NCBI RefSeq assembly: GCF_004353825.1 | Contig: NZ_SMNA01000006.1 | Location: 1 to 64,000 of the forward strand | Source of the DNA: Occultella glacieicola | Lineage (GTDB): Bacteria; Actinomycetota; Actinomycetes; Actinomycetales; Beutenbergiaceae | Reading direction: 5' to 3' | Length of the DNA stretch: 64,000 nucleotides | Shown: positions 36,176 through 46,118 of the stretch, piece after piece | Layout: each line of letters begins with the position of its first letter | Numbering within the stretch: the first letter of the stretch is position 1 | Translations under genes and position numbers: made by a program | The notes under the pieces: generated by a model | The model's database searches: none | What the model was told of the DNA's origin: nothing | The model's input: only the letters and a program-made list of their open reading frames with translations

Positions 36176-36934
36176 ATGTCCGGTCACTCAAAGTGGGCGA
36201 CGACCAAGCACAAGAAGGCCGCGATCGACGCCAAGCGCGGTCAGCTGTTCGCGAAGCTCGTCAAGAACGTCGAGGTCGCCGCGCGGACCGGCGGCGGGGA
36301 CCCCGCGGGCAACCCGACCCTGTTCGACGCCATCCAGAAGGCGAAGAAGTCCTCGGTCCCGAACGACAACATCGACCGCGCGGTCAAGCGGGGCTCCGGG
36401 CTCGAGGCCGGCGGCGCCGACTACCAGACCATCATGTACGAGGGCTATGGCCCCGGCGGGGTCGCGGTCCTGGTCGAGTGCCTCACCGACAACCGGAACC
36501 GGGCGGCCTCGGACGTGCGCGTCGCGTTCACCCGCAACGGTGGCTCGCTCGCCGACCCTGGCAGCGTCTCCTACCTGTTCACCCGTAAGGGCGTCGTGAT
36601 CGTGCCCAAGGCCGGCGAGCTGACCGAGGACGACATCCTCGAGGGCGTCCTGGACGCCGGCGCCGAGGAGGTCAACGACCTTGGCGAGGCGTTCGAGGTG
36701 ATCAGTGAGGCGACCGACCTGGTGGCCGTCCGGACCGCCCTGCAGGGCGCCGAGATCGACTACGACTCGGCCGAGGCCCAGTTCGTGCCGGCCACCCAGA
36801 TCGAGGTGGACGCCGACGGCGCCCGGAAGGTGCTGCGCCTGATCGATGCCCTCGAGGAGAGCGACGACGTGCAGAACGTGTTCGCGAACTTCGACGCCTC
36901 CGACGAGGTCATGGCCGAGCTCGACAACGACTGA
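36176..36934 (+). CDS. YebC/PmpR family protein
   Basis: Contains [22 protein letters not shown] and TDNRNR. Confidence 0.97.
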   Translation: MSGHSKWATTKHKKAAIDAKRGQLFAKLVKNVEVAARTGGGDPAGNPTLFDAIQKAKKSSVPNDNIDRAVKRGSGLEAGGADYQTIMYEGYGPGGVAVLVECLTDNRNRAASDVRVAFTRNGGSLADPGSVSYLFTRKGVVIVPKAGELTEDDILEGVLDAGAEEVNDLGEAFEVISEATDLVAVRTALQGAEIDYDSAEAQFVPATQIEVDADGARKVLRLIDALEESDDVQNVFANFDASDEVMAELDND

Positions 36935-37017
36935 TCCGGCCTCGCCCGGGGCGTTCGGCCGACGGGGCGTGCGTGGCGCTACCGCGCCATGTCCGACGAC
37001 GGTGCGAGAGTAACGGG

Positions 37018-37635
37018 GTGAGCTTCCGTATCCTCGGGGTCGACCCGGGCCTGACCCGGTGCGGGTTGGGCCTCGTCGAGGCCGGTCGCGGTCGCAGCCT
37101 GCGGCTGGTGGACGTCGGGGTGGCCCGGACCCGGGCGGACGAGGACCCGGCGTTGCGGCTGGCGCACATCGCGGACGAGCTGGAGGCGTGGATCCGGCGG
37201 CTCGAGCCGGACGCCGTCGCGGTGGAGCGGGTGTTCGCCCAGCACAACGTCCGGACCGTGACCGGCACCGCTCAGGTGGCCGGGCTGGCCATGGTCGCGG
37301 CCACCCGTGCCGGCGTGCCGGTGGCCCTGCACACGCCGAGCGAGGTCAAGGCCGCGGTCACCGGCAACGGCCGTGCCGAGAAGGCGCAGGTCCAGGAGAT
37401 GGTGCGCCGCATCCTCGACCTGGACGAACGGCCCCAGCCGGCGGACGCCGCGGACGCCCTCGCGCTGGCGATCACCCACGCCTGGCGCTCCCACGCCGTC
37501 GGGCAGGTACACGCCGGTGCGCCGGGCGAGCGGCAGACGGCCGCCCAGCAGGCCTGGGCCCGCGCCGAGGCGGCCGCTCGCTCCGGCGGCCGGGCCGCCC
37601 CGCGCCTCGGAGCCCGCCCGGCGGGTCGCGGGTAG
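37018..37635 (+). CDS. ruvC: Holliday junction resolvase
   Basis: Contains [37 protein letters not shown] and DAADALALA. Confidence 0.97.
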   Translation: MSFRILGVDPGLTRCGLGLVEAGRGRSLRLVDVGVARTRADEDPALRLAHIADELEAWIRRLEPDAVAVERVFAQHNVRTVTGTAQVAGLAMVAATRAGVPVALHTPSEVKAAVTGNGRAEKAQVQEMVRRILDLDERPQPADAADALALAITHAWRSHAVGQVHAGAPGERQTAAQQAWARAEAAARSGGRAAPRLGARPAGRG

Positions 37636-37703
37636 GTGCGGCCGGGGACAGGTTACGCTCGTGGCTCGTACGGATGTTCGCTGCAGCGGGAGGGTGGAGT
37701 CGA

Positions 37704-38309
37704 GTGATCGCATCGGTGCGGGGACGGGTCGAGCATGTCGGGCTGGACGCGGCGGTGCTCGAGGCCGCGGGACTGGGTTACCGGATCCATGCGACGCCCG
37801 GCACCCTCGCCACCCTGCGTGACGGCGCCGAGGTGACGCTGGCCACCACCCTGGTGGTCCGTGAGGACTCGATGACACTGTTCGGGTTCGCCGACGACGA
37901 GGAGCGGGACATCTTCGAACTGCTCCAGACCGTCAGCGGGGTCGGCCCCCGGCTGGCCCTGGCGATGCTCGCCGTGCACACCCCGAACGGACTGCGGCGG
38001 GCGGTCGCGGGGGAGGACCTCAAGGCCCTGACCCGGGTGCCCGGGATCGGTGAGAAGGGCGCGAGGCGGATCGTCCTGGAACTCGGTGACCGGCTCGGAC
38101 CTGCGAGCGAGGAGGGCACCCGCCCGGCGCCGACGCCGGCCGGGTCGCAGGCGGACGTGGTCGCGGCCCTGGTCGGTCTCGGCTGGGCCCCGAAGCAGGC
38201 CGAGGCGGCGGTGGACAAGGTCCTCGCCGCCGGCGGCGTGGACGAGGCGGACACCGGTGCGGTCCTGCGTGCTGCGCTGCAGCAGTTGGGCGGGAGCACG
38301 CGTGGCTGA
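37704..38309 (+). CDS. ruvA: Holliday junction branch migration protein
   Basis: Contains [27 protein letters not shown] and VPGIGEKGA. Confidence 0.96.
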   Translation: MIASVRGRVEHVGLDAAVLEAAGLGYRIHATPGTLATLRDGAEVTLATTLVVREDSMTLFGFADDEERDIFELLQTVSGVGPRLALAMLAVHTPNGLRRAVAGEDLKALTRVPGIGEKGARRIVLELGDRLGPASEEGTRPAPTPAGSQADVVAALVGLGWAPKQAEAAVDKVLAAGGVDEADTGAVLRAALQQLGGSTRG

Positions 38310-39417
38310 CCGCAGGCGCGACGCCGACCACGCTGAAGGCACTGAGGGCACCGTTGATGGGTACGCGGGGCTCGACAGCTTCGATGAGCACCCGGAGGCC
38401 GGCGAGCACCTGCTCGCCGCGGAGGCAGACGAGCTCGACCGGGCGGCGGAGGCGGCGCTGCGCCCGCGGCGGCTCGCGGAGTTCATCGGGCAGCCGGTCG
38501 TCCGCGACCAGCTCTCCCTCGTGCTGGACGCGGCCAACGCCCGTGGCCGCACGCCCGACCACGTGCTGCTGGCCGGCCCACCGGGTCTGGGCAAGACCAC
38601 CCTGGCGATGATCATCGCCGCCGAGGTGGACGGGGCGCTGCGGCTCACGTCGGGACCGGCGGTCCAACACGCGGGGGACCTGGCCGCGATCCTGTCCGCC
38701 CTGCAGGAGGGCGACGTCCTCTTCATCGACGAGATCCACCGGCTCGCCAGGCCCGCCGAGGAGATGCTCTACCTGGCCATGGAGGACTTCCGGGTGGATG
38801 TCGTGGTCGGCAAGGGGCCGGGCGCGACGGCCATCCCGCTGTCGCTGCCCCGGTTCACCGTGGTCGGTGCGACCACCCGGTCCGGGTTGCTGCCGGCGCC
38901 GCTGCGGGACCGGTTCGGGTTCACGGCGCACATGGACTTCTACTCGACGGCGGAGCTCGAGTCGGTCCTGCGGCGTTCGGCCCGGCTGTTGGGCGCTGAG
39001 CTCGAGGACTCAGCGGCCGCGGAGATCGCGAAGCGGTCCCGGGGCACCCCGCGGATCGCGAACCGGCTCCTGCGGCGGGTGCAGGACTGGGCCCAGGTGC
39101 GCGGCACCGGGGAGCTCGACCACGCGGCCGCGATGGCCGCGCTCGAGGTGTTCGAGGTGGATGTCCTCGGCCTGGACCGGCTGGACCGTTCCGTGCTGCG
39201 GGCCCTGTGCGAACGGTTCGGTGGCGGACCGGCCGGGCTCACCACGCTCGCGGTCGCGGTCGGTGAGGAACCGGAGACCGTGGAGACCGTTGCGGAGCCG
39301 TTCCTGGTCCGGGAGGGCCTGATGGCCCGCACGCCCCGGGGCCGGGTCGCCACGGCCGCGGCGTTCGCCCACCTCGGCCTGAGCGCCCCGAACCAGCCCG
39401 GGACCCTCTGGGACTGA
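38302..39417 (+). CDS. ruvB: Holliday junction branch migration ATPase
   Basis: Contains [28 protein letters not shown] and [13 protein letters not shown]. Confidence 0.98.
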   Translation: MADRRRDADHAEGTEGTVDGYAGLDSFDEHPEAGEHLLAAEADELDRAAEAALRPRRLAEFIGQPVVRDQLSLVLDAANARGRTPDHVLLAGPPGLGKTTLAMIIAAEVDGALRLTSGPAVQHAGDLAAILSALQEGDVLFIDEIHRLARPAEEMLYLAMEDFRVDVVVGKGPGATAIPLSLPRFTVVGATTRSGLLPAPLRDRFGFTAHMDFYSTAELESVLRRSARLLGAELEDSAAAEIAKRSRGTPRIANRLLRRVQDWAQVRGTGELDHAAAMAALEVFEVDVLGLDRLDRSVLRALCERFGGGPAGLTTLAVAVGEEPETVETVAEPFLVREGLMARTPRGRVATAAAFAHLGLSAPNQPGTLWD

Positions 39418-39526
39418 CCCGGTTCCGCGGGCGCCGGACCGGCGGATCCGTGACGGGGCATGGTTGGTGCCGCCAGTCTTGTCGCCTAGAATCGGGCGAA
39501 CCCCCTCAACCTTGGAGTATTCCCTC

Positions 39527-39955
39527 ATGGATGGTCAGAGCCCGATCCTGCTCATTGTGCTCGGCGTGGCGATCGTCGGCCTGTTCTTCATGAACAGCCG
39601 CGCGAAGAAGCAGCAGCAGCAGAAGCTCTCGTTCCGGGACTCGCTGGCACCGGGCCAGGACGTCCAGACCATCGGCGGGCTGGTGGGCACCGTCACGCAC
39701 GTGGAGGGCGACCTGATCACGATCGCGACCACCCCGGGCACCGAACTGCGGTTCGTGCGCGCGGCGATCGCCAAGCTGGTCGAACCGACAGAGGAGCTGG
39801 CCGACGAGGCCGCCCACGACGAGGTCGACGAGGACTCCGGTGCCGTCGAGGAGTCCGACCCCACGCCGTCGGCCCCCGCGTCCGGCGAGCGGCCCACCGG
39901 TTTCCTCTCCGACGACGACCTGAAGAAGCCCTACCGGGACGGCGAGAAGCCGTAA
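39527..39955 (+). CDS. yajC: Preprotein translocase subunit YajC
   Basis: N-terminal TM helix plus LAPGQDVQTIGGLVGTV, upstream of secDF, with a GGAG RBS and TAGAAT at 39487. Confidence 0.92.
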   Translation: MDGQSPILLIVLGVAIVGLFFMNSRAKKQQQQKLSFRDSLAPGQDVQTIGGLVGTVTHVEGDLITIATTPGTELRFVRAAIAKLVEPTEELADEAAHDEVDEDSGAVEESDPTPSAPASGERPTGFLSDDDLKKPYRDGEKP

Positions 39956-40015
39956 CGCACGCCCCGTTCCGCCCACTTGTGGCGCTGACGCGCGCCCACA
40001 CGGAAGAAGACCTCG

Positions 40016-42070
40016 TTGGCATCACCTAAGAAGTCCCCGGTACGTCCGCTGCGTACCCTGACGTTTCTGGCGGTGCTGATCGCCATCGTGTTCGGAACGG
40101 TCGCCGCCGGCACGAAGTGGTCCGATGCCACCTGGACGCCGAGCCTCGCCCTCGACCTCGAGGGCGGCACGCAGCTGATCCTCACCCCGAAGACCGAGGA
40201 CGGCGACCCGATCACCTCCGACCAGGTGAACGAGGCGATCCGGATCATCCGCCAACGCGTCGACGCCTCCGGGGTGGCCGAGGCGGAGATCACCAGCCAG
40301 GGTGGCCAGAACATCGTGGTCGCACTGCCCGGCAGCCCGTCGGAGGAGACCCTCGACCTGGTGCGCCGGAGCGCGCAGATGCGGTTCCGGCCGGTGCTCG
40401 TGGAGGCCGGGCCGGGTCAGATCGACCCCGCTCAGCTCGCGGCAGCGCAGGAGCAGGCGACCGACCCGTCAGCGGTGGACCCGGGCGCCGTCGACCCAGG
40501 CACCGTGGACCCGACGGACACCGCGACCGACCCGGCCACGGACCCGGCGACCGAGGAGACCACCGAACCTGCTGCGGACGGCGTCGTGCGCGGCACCGTG
40601 GGCACAACGGGCACCGAGGTGACGACCCCGCCGAGCGAGGAACCCACCGAGGAACCGGCCGAGGAGCCCACGGCGACCTCCTACACCCAGGAGGAGATCG
40701 AGGCCGCGGCCATGACCGCCTCCGACACGAACGGTGACGGCGTGCTCTCGGACGAGCCGACCGCCGAGCCGACCAGCGCCAGCGACCAGGCCTGGATCAC
40801 CGAACAGCTCACCTACGACTTCTACATGCTCGACTGCACCGACCCGGCGAACCTGGTAGGCGGCGGCGGGGACGACCCGGACGCGCCGCTGGTGGCGTGC
40901 GCGGACGACGGCACCGCGAAGTACATCCTCGGGCCGATGGAGATCGCCGGCACCGAGATCTCCTCCGCGAGCTCCGGCCTGCAGGTCACCGAGTCCGGAA
41001 CCGTGACCAACGACTACGTGGTCAACATCGAGTTCACCTCCGAGGGTGGCGAGAAGTTCGCCACGGTCACCGAGCGGCTGGCGTCGCCGGAGCAGCAGGC
41101 GAACGGGACCAACAGGTTCGCCATGGTTCTGGACGGACTCGTCATCTCGGCACCGAGCGTCACCGAGAAGATCCCGAGCGGTGAGGCGCAGATCAGCGGC
41201 AGCTCGGCCAACCCGTTCACCCGGGACCAGGCCACCGCGCTGGCGAACCAACTGAACTTCGGTGCGCTGCCGATCACGTTCGAGGTGCAGAGCGAGGAGC
41301 AGATCTCTGCGACGCTCGGCACCGAGCAGCTCGAGCGCGGCCTGCTGGCCGGCCTGATCGGGCTGATCCTCGTGGTGATCTACTCACTGATCCAGTACCG
41401 CGGCCTGGCCGTGGTCACGGTCGCCAGCCTCGTCGTGGCCGGCTCCCTCGTGTACGGGGTCATCGCGATGCTGTCGTGGGTGCAGGGCTACCGACTGTCC
41501 CTGCCCGGGGTGGCCGGTCTGATCGTGGCCATCGGTATCACCGCCGACTCCTTCATCGTGTACTTCGAACGGATCCGTGACGAGGTCCGGGAGGGCCGAC
41601 GCCTCGATGCCGCGGTGGAGGAGGGGTGGAAGCGCGCCCGGCGGACCATCCTGGCCTCGGACGCGGTGAACCTGCTCGCTGCGATCGTGCTGTACTTCCT
41701 CGCCGTCGGCGGGGTCCGCGGGTTCGCCTTCACCCTCGGCCTGACGACGATCATCGACCTGATCGTCGTGATGCTGTTCACCCACCCGATGGTCCAGCTG
41801 CTGACCCGGACGAAGTTCTTCGGCGAGGGACACCGGCTGTCCGGCCTCGACCCCGAGCATCTGGGCGCCACCGTCTCCGCATACAAGGGGCGCGGCCGGT
41901 TCCGCAGCGCCGAGGAACGGATGAGCATCGCCGAGCGCAGGCGTCGGGACGCCGAGGTCGCGGCCGAGTCCGCCGCCTCACCCGAACCCGCCGAGGACTC
42001 CCCGGACGATCCGGGCGGCTCGGCCGATGAGAGCGTCACCTCCGCCACGGCCAAGGACGGTGAGAAGTGA
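40016..42070 (+). CDS. secD: Protein translocase subunit SecD
   Basis: Contains LALDLEGG, RQRVDASGVAE, LANQLNFGALP and GITADSFIVYFERIRDE. Confidence 0.97.
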   Translation: MASPKKSPVRPLRTLTFLAVLIAIVFGTVAAGTKWSDATWTPSLALDLEGGTQLILTPKTEDGDPITSDQVNEAIRIIRQRVDASGVAEAEITSQGGQNIVVALPGSPSEETLDLVRRSAQMRFRPVLVEAGPGQIDPAQLAAAQEQATDPSAVDPGAVDPGTVDPTDTATDPATDPATEETTEPAADGVVRGTVGTTGTEVTTPPSEEPTEEPAEEPTATSYTQEEIEAAAMTASDTNGDGVLSDEPTAEPTSASDQAWITEQLTYDFYMLDCTDPANLVGGGGDDPDAPLVACADDGTAKYILGPMEIAGTEISSASSGLQVTESGTVTNDYVVNIEFTSEGGEKFATVTERLASPEQQANGTNRFAMVLDGLVISAPSVTEKIPSGEAQISGSSANPFTRDQATALANQLNFGALPITFEVQSEEQISATLGTEQLERGLLAGLIGLILVVIYSLIQYRGLAVVTVASLVVAGSLVYGVIAMLSWVQGYRLSLPGVAGLIVAIGITADSFIVYFERIRDEVREGRRLDAAVEEGWKRARRTILASDAVNLLAAIVLYFLAVGGVRGFAFTLGLTTIIDLIVVMLFTHPMVQLLTRTKFFGEGHRLSGLDPEHLGATVSAYKGRGRFRSAEERMSIAERRRRDAEVAAESAASPEPAEDSPDDPGGSADESVTSATAKDGEK

Positions 42071-43170
42071 TGGCGAACTTCGCCAAGTTCGGCAACGAGC
42101 TGTACTCCGGGAAGCGTTCCTTCGACATCGTCGGACACCGACGCCGGTGGTTCGCGATCGCTATCGGGCTGATCGTGCTCTCGGGTCTGCTTGTCGGCAT
42201 CCGGGGGATCAACCCCGGGATCGAGTTCCGCGGCGGTTCGGAGTTCACCGTCTCCGGAACCTCCAACCCGGACCCGCAGCTCGCCCAGGACGCCCTCGCC
42301 GAGGTGAACAGCGAGCAGGTCGCGCGGGTCACCACGGTGGGTTCGTCCGCGATCCGGGTGCAGACCGAGGAGCTCACGGACACTGAGACCAGCGAGCTCG
42401 CCGACCTGCTCGCGGAGGCGTACGACGTGCCGGCGGGGGATGTGACGTCGTCCTTCGTGGGACCCTCGTGGGGCGCGGACGTGACCGCGAAGGCCGTGCA
42501 GGGGCTGGTCATCTTCCTGGTCCTGGTCACCCTCGTGATGGCGCTCTACTTCCGCCGATGGTCGATGGCGATCGCCGCGCTCATCGCGCTGCTGCACGAC
42601 CTCGTCATCACGATCGGTCTCTACGCCGGGGTCGGCTTCGAGGTCACCCCCGCCACTGTGATCGGGTTCCTGACCATCCTCGGCTACTCGCTGTACGACA
42701 CGGTGGTGGTCTTCGACAAGGTCCGTGAGAACACCGAGGGCGTCCTCGACCAGACCCGGTACACCTACGCCGAGGCGGCGAACCTGGCCGTGAACCAGAC
42801 GCTCGTCAGGTCGATCAACACCTCGGTCGTCGGGTTGCTGCCGGTGGCGTCCATCCTGTTCGTCGGCGCGTTCCTGCTCGGCGCCGGCACGCTGCGTGAC
42901 ATCGCCCTCGCCCTGTTCATCGGGATGCTCTTCTCCACCCTGTCCTCGATCTTCATCGCCACCCCGATGGAGGTGGTGCTGCGCCAGCGTGACCCGAAGA
43001 TCGCCGCGCACACCGCGAAGGTTCTCGAGCTGCGCGAGCGACGCGTGGCCGAGGCCGAGGAGGTCGGGCTCAGTGCGGATGAGGTGCTCGCCGGGTCCCG
43101 GGCCGGTGGACTGGTCGCCGGGCGGCACCTCGGCCAGGGTGCCCAGCCGCGTCGTCGGGCCAAGCGGTGA
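42070..43170 (+). CDS. secF: Protein translocase subunit SecF
   Basis: Contains GIEFRGG, VGPSWG, GYSLYDTVVVFDKVREN and QTLVRSINTS. Confidence 0.97.
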   Translation: MANFAKFGNELYSGKRSFDIVGHRRRWFAIAIGLIVLSGLLVGIRGINPGIEFRGGSEFTVSGTSNPDPQLAQDALAEVNSEQVARVTTVGSSAIRVQTEELTDTETSELADLLAEAYDVPAGDVTSSFVGPSWGADVTAKAVQGLVIFLVLVTLVMALYFRRWSMAIAALIALLHDLVITIGLYAGVGFEVTPATVIGFLTILGYSLYDTVVVFDKVRENTEGVLDQTRYTYAEAANLAVNQTLVRSINTSVVGLLPVASILFVGAFLLGAGTLRDIALALFIGMLFSTLSSIFIATPMEVVLRQRDPKIAAHTAKVLELRERRVAEAEEVGLSADEVLAGSRAGGLVAGRHLGQGAQPRRRAKR

Positions 43171-43709
43171 CGCCGAGGATGATCTCCACGGGGCTGCACG
43201 ACCTGATCTCGGAGCGGGTGCGGGACGTGCCGGACTTCCCCGAGCCCGGCGTGATGTTCCGCGACATCACCCCGCTGCTCGCGGACGGCACCGCGTTCTC
43301 CGCCGTGGTGGGACACCTGGCGGACGTGTTCGGTGGTGAGGTGGACCTGGTCGCCGGGATCGAGGCCCGCGGGTTCCTGCTGGCTGCGCCGCTGGCCGCG
43401 GTCCTCGGCGTCGGGGTCGTGGCGGTCCGCAAGGCCGGCAAGCTGCCCCCGCCGACCAGGCGCACGGCCTACGATCTCGAGTACGGCAGCGCCGAGATCG
43501 AGGTATCCCCGGCGGGGCTGCGACCGGGCGCCCGCGTGGTCCTGATCGACGACGTCCTCGCCACCGGAGGGACCGCGGCCGCCGCCTGCCGGCTCCTGGA
43601 GGACGCCGGCACCACCGTGACCGGGATCGGGTTCCTCATCGAACTGCTCGCCCTCGGCGGACGGGACCGGCTCCCCGACCGGCCGCTGCACGCACTGGTC
43701 AGCTACTGA
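43167..43709 (+). CDS. apt: Adenine phosphoribosyltransferase
   Basis: Contains PDFPEPGVMFRDITPLL, GIEARGF, RKAGKLP and LIDDVLATGGT. Confidence 0.97.
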   Translation: MTPRMISTGLHDLISERVRDVPDFPEPGVMFRDITPLLADGTAFSAVVGHLADVFGGEVDLVAGIEARGFLLAAPLAAVLGVGVVAVRKAGKLPPPTRRTAYDLEYGSAEIEVSPAGLRPGARVVLIDDVLATGGTAAAACRLLEDAGTTVTGIGFLIELLALGGRDRLPDRPLHALVSY

Positions 43710-43734
43710 GTCCGGTACGTCGTAGCATGGCCGG

Positions 43735-46083
43735 ATGAGCGAGGACGTCGCGGTCGGGACGCCGTCCGACCCCGGGAACCGGGATCAGGCCGGCGACCCG
43801 ACCGTGCCCGGCTCGCGGATGCGTTCGCGCCTGGTGCGGCTCGGTTCGCGTGGGCACTCCACGCCGCCCGCCATCGAGCCGCTCATCCAGGTGGTGCGCA
43901 GCAACCACCCGAAGGCGGATACCGGCCTGCTCGAACGGGCCTACCGGGTGGCCGAGCGCGCCCACCAGGGCCAGTCCCGCAAGAGCGGCGATCCCTACAT
44001 CACCCACCCGGTCGCCGTCGCCACGATCCTGGCCGAGCTCGGCATGACGCCGCCCACCCTGGCCGCGGCCCTGCTCCACGACACCGTCGAGGACACCAGT
44101 TACAGCCTGGACGCGCTCCGCGCCGACTTCGGTGACGAGATCGCCGTGCTGGTCGACGGCGTCACGAAGCTCGACAAGGTGAAGTACGGCGAGGCCGCGC
44201 AGGCCGAGACGGTCCGCAAGATGGTCATCGCCATGGCGCGGGACATCCGGGTCCTGGTCATCAAGCTCGCCGACCGGCTGCACAACGCTCGGACCTGGAA
44301 GTACGTCTCGGCCGAGTCCGCGTCCCGGAAGGCGAAGGAGACGCTCGAGATCTACGCCCCGCTCGCACACCGGCTGGGCATGAACACGATCAAGTGGGAG
44401 CTCGAGGACCTGTCCTTCGCGGCGCTGTACCCGAAGGTGTACGAGGAGATCGTGCACCTGGTCGCCGAACGGGCCCCGGCCCGGGAGGAGTTCCTGGCGA
44501 TCGTGCGCGAACAGGTCACCGCGGACCTGAAGGCCGCGAGGATCAAGGCCACCGTGACCGGCCGGCCGAAGCACTACTACTCGATCTACCAGAAGATGAT
44601 CGTCCGCGGCCGTGACTTCGCCGACATCTACGACCTCGTCGGGGTCCGGGTCCTGGTGGACTCGGTCCGGGACTGCTACGCCGCCCTCGGCGCGCTGCAC
44701 GCGCGTTGGAACCCGGTGGCCGGGCGGTTCAAGGACTACATCGCGATGCCGAAGTTCAACATGTACCAGTCGCTGCACACCACGGTGATCGGACCGACCG
44801 GGAAGCCGGTCGAGATCCAGATCCGCAGCATGGACATGCACCGGCGGGCGGAGTACGGCGTCGCGGCGCACTGGAAGTACAAGGAGACCGGCAAGCAGCA
44901 GGGCAAGCAGGCCAAGGAGTCCGAGGCGGACGCGATGCTGTGGCTGCGCCAGCTCGTCGACTGGCAGCGCGAGACCGCGGACCCGGGGGAGTTCCTGGAC
45001 TCCCTCCGGTTCGAGATGTCCGGCGCCGAGGTGTATGTCTTCACCCCGAAGGGCGACGTGCTCGCCCTGCCCGCGGGTTCCACGCCCGTCGACTTCGCGT
45101 ACGCCGTGCACACGGAGGTCGGGCACCGGACCGTCGGCGCCCGTGTGAACGGTCGCCTCGTCAACCTCGAGTCGACCCTCGAGAACGGGGACACCGTCGA
45201 GGTGTTCACCTCCCGCGCCGAGGGAGCCGGGCCGAGCCACGACTGGCTCAGCTTCGTGAAGAGCCCGCGGGCCCGGAACAAGATCCGGGCGTGGTTCACG
45301 AAGGAGCGGCGCGAGGAAGCCATCGACTCCGGGCGCAACCTGATCGCGAAGGCGATGCGCAAGCAGAACCTGCCGATGCAGCGGCTGCTGAACCACGACA
45401 CCCTGGTCGCCCTCGCGGACGAGATGCGCTACGGCACCGTCGGCGAGTTGTACGCGGCCGTCGGCGAGGGCCATGTGTCCGCGACGAACGTGGTGCAGAA
45501 GCTCGTGGCGTCCCTCGGGGGCGAGGAGGTCACCGAGGAGGACGTCGCCGAGGTGACCCGGCCCGGCACCCGGTCACCGCGGTCCCGGTCCGGCGACCCG
45601 GGGATCATCGTCAAGGGCATGGGCAACACGGACCTGTGGACCAAGCTCGCCCGATGCTGTACCCCGGTGCCGGGCGACCCGATCGTGGGGTTCATCACGC
45701 GCGGCTCCGGGGTGTCGGTGCACCGGGCCGACTGCTCGAACGTCGAGGGCCTGCGGGCGCAGCCCGAGCGGATGATCGAGGTGGACTGGGCCCCGAACGC
45801 GCAGAGCGTGTTCCTGGTGCAGATCCAGGTGGAGGCGCTCGACCGGAACGGGCTGCTGTCCGACGTGACCAAGGTGCTCTCGGACAACCACGTGAACATC
45901 CTGTCCGCCAACGTCGCCACCTCCAGGGACCGGGTGGCGATGTCCCGCTTCGTGTTCGAGATGGCTGAACCCTCGCACCTGGGCCACGTGCTCCGGGCGG
46001 TCCGCAACATCGAGGGCGTCTTCGACGTCTACCGGATCACGGGATCCCGCGCTGACAAGGCGACGGGGGCCGCGACGGTCTGA
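43735..46083 (+). CDS. relA: Bifunctional (p)ppGpp synthetase/hydrolase
   Basis: Contains [36 protein letters not shown] and ACT domains. Confidence 0.98.
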   Translation: MSEDVAVGTPSDPGNRDQAGDPTVPGSRMRSRLVRLGSRGHSTPPAIEPLIQVVRSNHPKADTGLLERAYRVAERAHQGQSRKSGDPYITHPVAVATILAELGMTPPTLAAALLHDTVEDTSYSLDALRADFGDEIAVLVDGVTKLDKVKYGEAAQAETVRKMVIAMARDIRVLVIKLADRLHNARTWKYVSAESASRKAKETLEIYAPLAHRLGMNTIKWELEDLSFAALYPKVYEEIVHLVAERAPAREEFLAIVREQVTADLKAARIKATVTGRPKHYYSIYQKMIVRGRDFADIYDLVGVRVLVDSVRDCYAALGALHARWNPVAGRFKDYIAMPKFNMYQSLHTTVIGPTGKPVEIQIRSMDMHRRAEYGVAAHWKYKETGKQQGKQAKESEADAMLWLRQLVDWQRETADPGEFLDSLRFEMSGAEVYVFTPKGDVLALPAGSTPVDFAYAVHTEVGHRTVGARVNGRLVNLESTLENGDTVEVFTSRAEGAGPSHDWLSFVKSPRARNKIRAWFTKERREEAIDSGRNLIAKAMRKQNLPMQRLLNHDTLVALADEMRYGTVGELYAAVGEGHVSATNVVQKLVASLGGEEVTEEDVAEVTRPGTRSPRSRSGDPGIIVKGMGNTDLWTKLARCCTPVPGDPIVGFITRGSGVSVHRADCSNVEGLRAQPERMIEVDWAPNAQSVFLVQIQVEALDRNGLLSDVTKVLSDNHVNILSANVATSRDRVAMSRFVFEMAEPSHLGHVLRAVRNIEGVFDVYRITGSRADKATGAATV

Positions 46084-46118
46084 ACCGCCGCGCCCCCCGA
46101 GCCACCCGGGTCCACGGG